A DNA stretch of 64,000 nt from Paragordius varius. Its lineage: Eukaryota; Animalia; Nematomorpha. Positions 26,392-39,431 of the stretch are shown one piece after another (the first letter of the stretch is position 1; each line of letters starts with the position of its first letter). The notes below the pieces were generated by a model. It searched no databases. It saw only the letters and a list, made by a program, of their open reading frames with translations, and was not told the origin of the DNA. The translations under genes and the position numbers were made by a program. The stretch lies in contig OZ176055.1 of NCBI GenBank assembly GCA_964247055.1, positions 868,001 to 932,000 on the forward strand. The letters are read 5' to 3'.

Positions 26392-28391
26392 TAAAGTGAC
26401 CAGATAGGCTGTTTTTCGCAGTACAGTACTGAGTTTTCGAAAAAAAACCGCGCCTGTACTGCGCTGACTTTTGTACTGCTTTTTGAAATATTTTTTTTAT
26501 AAATATGTTTTAATTACCATTTATTTATACAAGTTTTGTTTGTAGAATTCGATAGAGTACCCTTAGTTAAAATAAATGGTTTTTTCTGTAAAAAACTATG
26601 GCCTTTAATTTTAATATTTTATTTTCTGCTCTAATTATATATGGAGTTTTGGACCGGCCAAATCGCTTATGAATGCAGCCATTCGCGAAGTGGCGAAATT
26701 ATCAATATCAGACTCCAGATTTAGGCCAATCTTTCACTCAGGGCTTCCGCAAACATAAGTTTCAGCTAAATTAATTTATTTGAGTTTACTCTAATTATAA
26801 TTATCAAACAGAAAATTTTTATATTTCCGCAACATATTATTTTTAAAATTCATTAAATTTGGTTTCGATATAACCTTTTTATTTCTAGGAATAAAACAAC
26901 TTTTTTATGTTTTGGGTGGGAGGTATGTTCCTTAATTTTTTGATTCCCTAAACCTTAATTTTTAGCCAGTTTTCTTTTCATTCTTTTGTGCATAAACAAT
27001 AGACCTATTTTAATTTTGGCATATACACACACACATAATAATTTTTTTATTAATCCTTTTCATTTTAATTTTCTTTTCCGTGCCTTTTCCTATAAACAAA
27101 ATATGGACTATGGAAAAAACACAACTCATAATAGATGCCTTGAAAGCAATTGTAATATTCAAAAATACAGAGAAAATTGTGAAGCTTTTTAGATAAAATT
27201 TCGCAAAACCATAAATTATTGGGACAAATACATAAATCTGAAAAATATATATAATTTATTATTTTTAGATATTATTACTATTATAATATAAAAAAATAAT
27301 TATTTATTAATAATTATGTCAAGTCACATACCATTGATTATGTAGACTCAAAACTACTTGAATTATTTTTGAATTTTACACTGTGGCAAAGTCGGCATTT
27401 GAATAATTTTCTATCCATTCACCTATCTTTTTTTCATTAACGCATAGTTTTACCTGCTGTCAAATAGTAATTTTTAATAAAAAGCTATGGAAGAGAACTT
27501 TGATAAGATCGTGTGTGAATGATTTTATCTACAAGGCAACATCTTATAAAAACCAGATATATTGTTTCCCTCTATTTTCATTATCGTATATTGGTAATTA
27601 TATTGTTTTTGAAAATTAGTCTTTTTTAAAAAAAACATACCATTATAATATCTATATTTATAAAAATGGAAAGTAGTGGCTTGGTGATCTATTTCCGGGA
27701 AACCGGTCATTCAAATCCAAATGTCGAAAAAATATAATCATTAATGAATGTTCCAACAATCGCTTCGCCCTTTTTTTAAATTTAGGCCCCCAGTTCGGGC
27801 CTACCCCGTGTAAAAAACGGTGTTTTTGAAAACAGAAGTCCACAAAAATCATGTCTTAGAGAGAATTTTCTGGAAAACGCGTTGGACCATTCAATTTCAA
27901 ATATGATATTTGTTTACTTTTTTCGATTGCGCCGAACATAATCGGCTCGTTTTTTCATTTAAGGCTTTTACCCGCTCCTCCCGTAAAATGCCATTTTTTC
28001 AAAAAAATTCAAAAGTATTTTTGAATCTATTTTTAGCCCAAGCAAACAATATATTAGTATGAATGCACCGTTTAAATTACTATGAGATCATAGCTAATAA
28101 ATAATGTTTCGAAATAATCCACATATGTAGATCATTTTATTGTCCCTTTTTTCAAATAGCCCCCCCCCCCGTCGGAAGGACTTCCTCGGGCTGCGTGGCA
28201 GCACTTATATGTACATACATTTATATTAAATTTTTAATGAATTTATTGTTGGATATTTTAATTGTTTCTAATGAGCTTATAAATAGTGAACAATATCATT
28301 TAATATAAAACACTGAAAATCCGGTTAAAAAATAGGCAAAGTATGTTTTAATTTTGTACTGCGCCAGGGTTATTAATATCTGGTCACATTA
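26392..28391 (+). mobile_element. Decayed hAT (Blackjack-like) DNA transposon
   Basis: Perfect 8-bp TSD CTTAAGAT (26384-26391 and 28392-28399). TIRs TAAAGTGACCAGATA / TAATGTGACCAGATA (reverse complement) with subterminal CGCAGTACA / TGTACTGCG motifs. Remnant IWTMEKTQLIIDALKAIVIFKN at about 27100-27165 resembles a hAT C-terminal dimerisation domain. Confidence 0.8.
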
Positions 28392-29032
28392 CTTAAGATT
28401 TTCATCAAAATTTTGATAATACAATATATATGTATATATAACCTATCGCGAAAATTTTACGTCAAATATTTATAGATATTAGCGACATCAAAATATATTG
28501 AAAAAGTTTTTAATTTAAATTACAATTATGCGGTTAATTTCATGTCTCTACCATTAATGTTTTAAAATGTATCCGATTGGATAAAAGGTAAAATATTACA
28601 TTTGTAATTACAGAAATAGTTATACATTAGCAACAATGGCAAACTTTTTCCCTTAAATTAAATAAATTCAGGGGTGTCGTTAATACAATGTTTCATTATT
28701 ATACATTAGAATTTATTAGATTTCACAAGGTATAAATGTGTGTTTTGTTTAACATTAAATGTTTGTTTTTCAATAATCTATTTATATCTGATAAATGAGG
28801 AAGTTAGGGGATGTGGGGGGGACATAGAGATTTTTATCCAATTTTAACCTTATAAATTGTGGATGTAATTTAATTTATATATTTATATATAATAATTTAA
28901 CTAAAAAAGACTAATTATAAATGTGTTGTATGTGTAATTATTAATATTTTGAGTATTTTTATACCATTACTATATAATAAAATTGGACCTTACATGAATA
29001 TATATATATATATATTGCTAAAATATAATTAA

Positions 29033-29267
29033 TTACACGGTAAAATATATCATGATAAATATGGCTAATGAGATAATTATAACAACGTTTGCTTTAATAA
29101 AAAATTCGGTTAAAGGCCTCTGTTTAAGTGATTGAATTTTAAGAAGTCGTTGAATATCCCGTTCCCGTTTAATGCGCGCCAATTCAACTTTACTCGAGGG
29201 ATTCAAGGAATTTATTATTTCATCTAAATGTGAAAAAAAAACATTTAAAATTTGGTCTTTGTGAGTT

Positions 29268-29298
<31 letters not shown>

Positions 29299-31352
29299 TA
29301 AGTTAAAATGATAGATATGAATATTTACAGTTAAAATTGAAATTGTACGGACAAAAGGTAAAAATATAAAGACAAATATTTTTTACTAAAAGGCAACAAC
29401 CATACTTTTTGAATTTTGATAATTTTTATAATGTAACTCATTGTTTCAAACTATAAAGTAGGAAATAAAGGTGTAAATTTTTAACATAAGCAATTATGTA
29501 ATATACGCCTGAAAAAGTATTTAAAAAAATTTGTCTTAATATTTTAAGTTTTGTCCGTATAATTTCAATTTTTACTGTAATATACAGTAAAGATTAATAT
29601 TGGTGTAATATAAGTAAAAAAATTAAATAATATTTATAAGAGAAAACATATATTTTAAAATCCTTTATTTTTAGACGTAAAATGATTAATATAATTTGTG
29701 AGACCCCTTTAACCAATATTAAACAATCCATTGGCTCTGTGAAAAATAAAAAGTGTGGTTAGTTTTATAAAACTATATACATTATTCCTTTTCACAACAT
29801 TTTACATTATAAAACTTATTCAATTCAAAAATTAATTGCAAATATTTATAATATTTTAAATTTAAGTAACCATTTAATCCATTTGATAATTCATTGTCTG
29901 TGACCAATTCAATTTCCTCAGTCTCTAATCCCAGGAACCAATTCCAAGCTTTGAGCAAAATGTCTTTCAAAATAATTTTTTCATCTGGCTGGTTGTTTAC
30001 GTTGTTGTTTTCATTGTGATTTCGATCTAATATGCTATTCATATTCTTTTTTTCTTCGAGATTATATGGTTTTTGGGTCTTATTTCCCTAATTTAATATA
30101 GGATTTAAAAATTTTAATTTATAAATATTCAATTAAAACATTTTTTTCATATATCTATATACCTACCTTCCCATAAAAATTATTGGACGTTTGGGATAAT
30201 AAATCGACATTGGGTTGTTCTACAATGTAAATAATAAATGTTAAAATTATATTGCGTCTTCGAAAAAAGATATACTTAATCAATATATAAATTATTAAAA
30301 TCTTACTTTCTGATAGAATTTGAGCATATTCAGATGAAATTTTCCCTATTTCAACGTTATGGGCCATGGGGCTAGTTTTTGTCAATAATCCAATGCGGGA
30401 AGCATTTGAAAAGCTTGACATGGCTGAAATATTATTATTACTTTCATTTTTAGGGATGTTTTCATCCATTTTATTACTATTGCTGCTAATATTACGATCA
30501 TTTAATGATTGATAATTAGGGTGAATATGTTTTTTAGTTTCAATCCCTGTATCGTAATGGTTTAAGTCACTTTGTGGTTGTGGTTTTTGTTGCATAATGT
30601 ATGATTGCATGCCTTTAGTTGAAAAAACAGGAAATATAAAATTAATCATATTAAACCGTATATTTGCAAATCAGTTGTTAATTAGATACACCATTTATTC
30701 AATTCCATTTGACCCTAAAAATAAATTATGTATGTTTTCGGGCTAATATAATTCATCATCATTAATATAAAATAGATCTTTATAGCTAAGTTTATATTTT
30801 CAGTATTATTCTAATTTCAAACTAAAGTTTATATTTTAAAAATATATAAAAATTAGGTGATTTTTAATCTTAAAAAAAACAAAATTTATTTAGGGTGAAT
30901 TTGAATTTCCCGAGGGTGAATTTGAATTGTTCAAGGGTGAATTCGAACTGTAAATGCAATCCTATAAATTAGTCTAACTTTTAAAATAGAACCCGATTAA
31001 ATTAGTAAAATTAAAGTTTTTACTGAAATTTAAACATAACAAATGCTTTATTGATTTGAAAACTTTGTAGTAAAAATGGAAATAACTTTCTTAACTACAA
31101 CAATATGAAATCTAAAATTTATGATTAAAATTTATGATTTAAAGAAAAACCAATAGTGCCGCCATTGGGAAAATCGCCCGAGGATTTAAATTCCTCACCA
31201 AATTGGTAATCATCTCCTTTTATTATATCATCATATTTTTCAGGTTTTAATGATGCTTGAATCTCTTTGTAAGGCACCGTATCAAGATCATCCGTTAAAA
31301 ATCGTGTCCAATATGTCGTACGTATAAGCTTTACGATATAAAATAGAAAATA

Positions 31353-31388
<36 letters not shown>

Positions 31389-33972
31389 AACATTAAAAAA
31401 AATAGCTTTATTTAGATTTATTCCCCCCTAAATTACAGTAAGAGTTAATAAGAACTAGTTTTTTTTGCTAGATGCATAATGGAGTTTTTTTTGCTTTTTC
31501 TCACTATTCACCAATAATAATAATGATGCATTTATATCAGGAATGCCCAACACAAACATATCTTCGAAGCCGCTTTAGTTTTTTTTTAAATTTATTTTGA
31601 GCCCAATGTTGGATGATATATCTTCTAAATAATTGTACATATTTGACTGATATCCAATTTTTTATTTTTTTAAACATATTTAGAGAATTTTTGCTACCGA
31701 ATAAAGCATGTTGGACATCCCTATAAAAAACTAGCAATGTATTGTTAATCATACCGTATAAAAACCCTTCGACTTCATACAAACTCTTATGAATATTCAA
31801 TATACTCTTTATTAAAAATACTCTACTTTTAAAATAAATTGATTTTTAGCATTAGCATAAAATGTCCAATGTACTAAATAATAGTGACAGAAAGGAAATA
31901 TATGTGGCAAGTACATGTTTTTTGAGCGGTTTTGCCGTCCACAAACTGATGATGATGGCAGAGACCACAGTGATCCAAAACAGTATGGCAGCGAAATACA
32001 GGAAATGTACGTGAGATATGATGGCTGGTTGTTTTCTTTCTGTTGTGTTCCCACACGCGGCAGGTTGATAAATGAGATCTAGGATCATACGCAAAATACC
32101 CACAGTCAGTCCTATCATAAGACTCCAGAACGCACCCTAAAACATCATATGTTAAGCAAAATATGAAATTGTAAAATTTTGCAAATATTACGAAAAAATT
32201 TCACTTGATACCTACAATCATGTTGTTTGAATATCGATAAAAATTTAAATAGTTTCATATTTATTTTCATAGTAAAATATTGGAGAAGCTATATGTAAAC
32301 TAAGTTTGATAAATTAGAAATGTGCAAAATTGTATAAAGTTCTCTTTATGTTAAAAACCATTGATAAATGCCAAATTTCATGAATTACATATTCCAATTT
32401 CATATTTATTAACAAGTTAATAAAATTATTGTTATGGTTTAATAAAGGTTAATAATAGTGTATTATGGCATCATTGCAAGTTGATCAAGTAATTTTCAAA
32501 CGCAAATATTTATCATCAAACTTAGATAAAAACATATCAATTATATAGCTCAAATTTAGTTTTGAATTCACCCAAATTTCATATGTCTAAAGGTTCGACA
32601 AACTTTAATACATTTTAAAAATTGCATGAAAATCAAAATAAATCTTACCTTTTCATTACAACGAGGCCAAAGGACAGCTAATAAAAATACAGCAGCTATC
32701 GGAGGTGCTAAGTAAGAACCAACACTTTGTATGTAAATGTAGAGTTGACCGCCTTGGAAAGTTTTTATAACTGGGATCCAAACTATACTAGCGGCTACCA
32801 TTATAAGGACAAATACTCTGAAATCATATATACATATATAATTTACCATTTACAATTCGAATCCTCGAACAATTCAAGATAACCCTCAAAAAATTCAAAT
32901 TTACTTTTGTACAATTCAAGATAACCCTCGAACAATTTAAATTCACTCTCGAACAATTCAAATTCACCCTAAAAATACAGGCTTAAATATTTTATTTTTA
33001 ATATGAAATATAGCTTTATGGCTTAGTTTATTATTTTTTTTCACTATTATTTTAATTATAAACAAAACTTCATTTTTTAAAATATAAAAAAATATAAATA
33101 CTATTTAATCTAAAAAATACATATTTTATTTTAGGGTGAATATGAATTGTCCAGGGTAAATATTAATTGTTCAAGTGTGTACTAAAGCGTAAATGGTATA
33201 TCATAATTTTTATTCTGAAATCTTGTAAAATCAAGAACATTTTAATTATATCAAACAATTATCGATTCTTAGATTATAAAAGGATTTTTTTTATTTCAAA
33301 TATATTAGGCTTAAATATAAATTTTATAAACTATATGGTAACAAAAATAATGTTTGGAGAAAAATTTATAATATTATATAACCACCTATGTATTTTTTAA
33401 AATAGAAATTAAATTGAAATTATAAGGACAAAACAAATTAATAAAAACAAATCCTTTCACAAGACATCCATACTATTTCAAATTTTGATCCCTAAATAAA
33501 CACTTTAATTTACATTGGTAAAATTTAAAATTGAGTCATACATTTCAATTTCAGACTGTGCCATATCAAATGAGAGGAGATATTTAAAATTATGCTTGTT
33601 GTTTTATGAAAAAATATTTGTCTTTATATTTTTAGTTATTGTCCGTATAATTTCAATTTTTACTGTATTATTAGGATTGATAAATTTTTAAGATTGATAA
33701 ATTTAATAAACATTTAGGTAAAAAGGTCAGGTAAAAGAATCTATAAAATAAAAGATTTTTGATTTTATACAACCAACCACCTATTAAATTAATTTTTTCT
33801 ACAATATTAGTGTATGATACGGGTAGTGAAATATGGAGTTTGCCCTTATACTTATTTTAAAAAACAATCAAATTCATATAAACAATATCCAAGAAGTCTA
33901 GGGTATATGGCTACTTTTATAAAACTATTGGCACAGTTCATCTTTAGACTGCGGCTTTGCAAAAAAAATTTT

Positions 33973-34026
<54 letters not shown>

Positions 34027-37000
34027 TTAAATATTTTATTAATTAACCTTGTTACTGTAATACTGTGATTAATTATCCTTATATAAGCAAATTTTACCGA
34101 TACTAACCATTTTTATCAACTAAGCACTTTTAAACATACATGTTGATTCATTTTTTGATTTTATTATTATTAAACATACTTTTCATGAAATATTACAAAA
34201 ATTGCATATAAATGAGTTTTGTTATTGATTATTAAATTTTGACATAATACTTTTTTAACCATACTTTGCCGGTATCATCAATATTATTAAAATTAAATAT
34301 ACTATTAATTTTAAATTTTAAATGCTTAAATACATTTATTAATCATAATTTATTGCTGTATTAATTTTAATTTATTTCAATTAATTAATCATTTAGTTAC
34401 ATTTAAATAAATTTTATTTTAATCCGCATACCTTCCAACAATCATAAGTTCTCTGACTGAAGCATTTCGCCTCAATTTGTGCCAAATATCAATGGTAAAT
34501 AGTGTGGCAGAACTGTTAAAAACTGAAGCTAAATCGCTCATAAGTGCGGCGAGCATTACGCTAAACATTATACCTTTCATACCTAGAAGCGAAAAAAAAG
34601 TATACCATTTACCCTTAAAATTCACCCTTAAACAATTCGAATTTAACCCCTGAACAATTTAAATTCACCCTAAAATAAATTATGTGTTTTTGAAATTAAA
34701 AATCACCTATATTTTTAAAATAAAATTAGTTTGAAATTAAAACAATACTAAAAAAATAAAAAACTAAGATATTAAATACCTTTCATATTAATAATGATTT
34801 ATATTATCCCGAAAACACATAATATAAATTGTTCAAGGGTGAATTTGAATTATTCGAGGGTGAATTTCAAAAGAGTAAATATGATTTGTAAATGGTATAT
34901 TTAAAAATAATATTTTAAAAAAAGTTGGAAATTGGTTGTAAATCTTAATACGTCGCTAAAGTAATTTTTTGCTTTTTTAACATTGTACGCATAAATATAT
35001 AAATTTAATGCTAAATATTTAAATTATCTTACTTGAGTAAAAACCTATTTTTTATGATTTTTTATAAAAGTTTCAAAGTTATTAAAAAATCATAATCTAT
35101 TTACTGAAAAGAAAATGAAATATATTTGTACACTTAAATTTATAAACTTAAAAATAATTTTTTTGAATATATAAAAAATATTTTTTTCAAAAATTAGAAA
35201 AAACTTTTACCAGGAGGTAAGATATCAAAAGCCATAAGAGGATATGCTATATTGGCACAACTGACGCGATTCCCACAAATTCGCTCACATTTATCTGGGT
35301 TCGAACAGGCTACCAAATCTACAGTAAAAAGCGGAATTATACGGACAAAAATCATAAAAATATAAAGACAAATATTTTTTAAAAGAAACCCCACTTTTAT
35401 CTTGTTTTGAATATGACTCATTATTTGACAAGATACACAATCAATTTACATAAATAATTTTTAATGGAAGAATTAAGGTTTAAAAAAGTATAATTAGTTA
35501 CCTTTTAGAAAAAATATTTCTCTTTATTTGATTAATGTTTTGTGCGTATAATTTTAGTTTAATTTCTGTAGTATATGCAAAAAAAAGATAGTTTTGAGTT
35601 ACAATCAGTTGCAGAATTCAAATTTTCTCGAATGCTAAATAATCAATTTTATGTCAAAATTCAAAAAGAATAAAACTCTCTAAACCTACCATTTTTTACC
35701 AAAATATATCCTCATGACAGACAAACTAACTTTGCATATAAGGTAAAATCAATGCATTTTTATAATAATTAATGAATAAATAAAATTGAATATAGATAAA
35801 TCGTTTTTTTTCCAAAGGCAACTTATTAAACATTTTTTATATATAACTTATTGTCTCGGATTATAAAATAGAGATGTTAATGAATTTAATAAATTGTATA
35901 TTTAAAAGATTATATAGAAAAAAATTATTAAAAATGTATGACAATCTCAAAAAAAATATTTTCAAGTTTTCCTCGATGTTTATAATTTTAATTATTACGG
36001 GTAATATTTGTAATTAAACCCCACCATATATAATCCTTAAATTATATTTTCTATATAACCTAATCTAGTATATAATTATTGTAATATAATATAATAAAAT
36101 CTCCTTATTTCGCAAATCCAAAATAACCAGGGTAAGTAATTCGAAAAAATTCATTTTTAAAATAAATTTATTTTAATCAACAAAATAAATACCGGTATAT
36201 AAAACGCGTGCAGCCATGCCCGGAATTATCAAGAGAAAGAGTGGAAGCAATTTCAAATATCCGACAAAAACGGTCCCCCCTTGTGCGTGAGATAAACTTT
36301 TAGCAGCTAAGGCACGTTGAACCATCATCTATATAAATTATTTAATTTATTTCACAAAAAAAAATGTTAAATGTATATACTGTAAAAATTGTAAGCAAAA
36401 ATAAAATTGTTAAATTTTAATCTATACCATTTACAGTTCAAATTCACCCTTGAACAATTATTCAAGTTCACCCTAAAATAAATTCTGTATTTTTAAGATT
36501 AAAAATTACCTATACTTTTTATATTTTTAAAAAAAGAAATTACAATTAAAATTAATATTATACTGAAAAAATAATAAACTATGCCATAAGAATATATTTC
36601 TTATTCATGATGAGTTATTTAAGTTCGAAAAGACATAATTTATTTTTTATGAATTGTTGAAGGATGAATTTGAATTGTAAATGGTATATTTTTTTCATTG
36701 TTTATTTTGGATATCATTATTCTTCAAGTAAAATTTAATAAAATTTTATAAAAATTAAAAAATAAGTAAGTTTATATTTTTTTATAAAAAAGTTCATGAG
36801 GGATAATGACACATATATTTTTTAGTATAACTTAAAACAAAAAATAAATCTATTTTTATCTCTGAAACTTAGATTAAGAAATTAAAAAAGATATATTTGT
36901 AAAAACTAAAAGACACATATTTTTTAAAGGGACCATATCTTTTAACCCTTGATTTTCTCAATAATACAGTTAATCTACCATTTACACAAATTCACCCTCG

Positions 37001-38936
37001 AACAATTTAAACCTAAAAATAAATTATGTATTTTCGAACAATATAACAACTCATTATTATAATGAAATATATCTTTATGGCATAGTTTATTATTTTTTCA
37101 GTTTATTTTAATTTAGAACAAAATTTTATTTATTAAAAATATATAAAAATATAGGTAATTTTTAATCTTAAAAAAACATACAAATTATTTGAGAATGAAT
37201 TCGAGGGTGAATTTGAATTGTTCAAGGGTGAATTTGAATTGTAAATGGTGCATATGAAAGAGTGTCTATTCCACATTAAACCCAAAAGAATAAACTAAAT
37301 CAAGTTTTAAAAACATGACTAACTATTTGTTATAAAACTCTACTGTATTCTAAATAATCAACATTTTTAACAAAAAAAAACTCAAAATTTCAATAGCAAA
37401 CTTTTTTATATCTAAACTCAAAAACATGATTAACTATTTGTTATAAAACTCTATTGTCCTTTAAATACTCAACATTTCTTAACAAAAAAAACCTCAAAAA
37501 TTTAATTAAATTTTTTTATATCCAAAATCAAAGCAATAAACTTACTTGATCAGTACACCAATACCAAAGGGAAACGGTGGTTTGACCCAAAAAAATGCCT
37601 AACCAGGGAACATCACTCGTCCAAGGATTTCGTAAAATTTTCCAACTATCTGCGCGTGGAAGTCCACACCCTTTAGCTAGGTAGGGAGAAATTTCGATTG
37701 TTGTTTGATTGTCCTTAAAAAAAATTGGGTTAATCTAATAGGAAAGATTGAATTTTTTATACAACATTTAAAAAAATCATATTACACAACTAAAAACTAA
37801 AAGATATTCGATTTTTGTAAAAATATCTAACCATGTTTTTAAAACCTTGATTTTTTTAATTATAACTGATTGTTTTAACTATAAAATATGAAATAGAAAT
37901 GTATATTGGTAACACAATTCATTTATATTAAACGATTATTTTTATATAATTATTATAGGATAAATTAAGGTTTAAAAAAGTATGGGGTTGTTTTTTAAAA
38001 AAAATATTTATTTTTATACGTTTTGTCCGTATAATTTCAAATAAAAAATAGGGGAAATCGCAGCAAATAATACAAAATATAAAAAGTAAATGAAAATTTT
38101 CAAAAAAAAAAATATTAAACCGTGTCTTTTAAACTTTTTATTTTTTTAACATAACTTATAGTTTTGGGTTGCAAAATAGAGATATAAATTGGTAATACAC
38201 TCAATTATACATATCAATATTGTAATTTGCATGGTTTATATGACAAAAAATAATGATTAATTTTTATAAAAAATAATTTTGACTTTTAATTTTACATTTC
38301 ATCTTTATAATTTTGTTAATTTTTATTTCCTATAAAGCTATTTTTTCAATAATTTAGAAAATTACCTATTAACTTTGGGTGCGATAAGTAAGCATAATGT
38401 ATTAATAATTATTATTTATCTCTTACTTACATCTACCTACAAAAGGAAAAACTTGAATTTTAGTAACAAAAACTGCAGAGAAATCCACAAAAATAACTAA
38501 AAACTAAATATTAGCAATTAGTATAAGATAAAAAAATAATTTAAATATTTTTACCTGTTGACTAGATTGATTATTGAATGTTTGAACTAAAAAAGTATTT
38601 TCAAAACTGGTTGGAATGGCATTCATATACTTGTAACGGAGGGCTTGAAATCCGCCCACTTTCTTAACACCTTAAGCATGAAAGTTAAAATTATAAAGAC
38701 AAAACCTCAAATTTATAAAAGTAAAAATATTTGTTTTTAAAAAATGGCGACTATACTTTTTGTGAAACTTGATTTTATAAATCGTAGCTGTATAATTATT
38801 GTAAAAATATTTAGTAAAATTTATTACCAATTCTTATTTGGCAACACAAAAAAATAAGTTATATTAAACATAATCAGGCTTTTATAAAATATGATATATT
38901 TTAAAAAAAATTATTTTGGATATGTTTTAACTTTTG

Positions 38937-38987
<51 letters not shown>

Positions 38988-39395
38988 CAAGTAAGAAAAC
39001 CATTTTTTAATATTATTAACCTTAGTTTTTTATGGTTTTTTAACAAAAAAAATAATTGTAATTTTTTTCATGAAATTTATATCCAAATTTCCCACCAACA
39101 ACCCAAAATTTTTGATAATTTTTTCATGGAAGATAAAATTTAAAATACTAAAGGAATGCCATTAAAATAAATACATTTATATAAGTTATATTAATTTTCT
39201 TTTAACTTGACTTTCGTTAGTCATTTGGTAAAATTTGTGTAATTTATTTTATATTTACAAATGTTAATAATTGCCAAAGACAGACTACTTTGTATATACA
39301 CCAAAACGATTTCATCCTAATAAACATTTTCCATTTTAAATAAAATAAAACTTGATTATAAAAATATCAGATCCATTTAATAATAAATTTATCAC

Positions 39396-39431
<36 letters not shown>

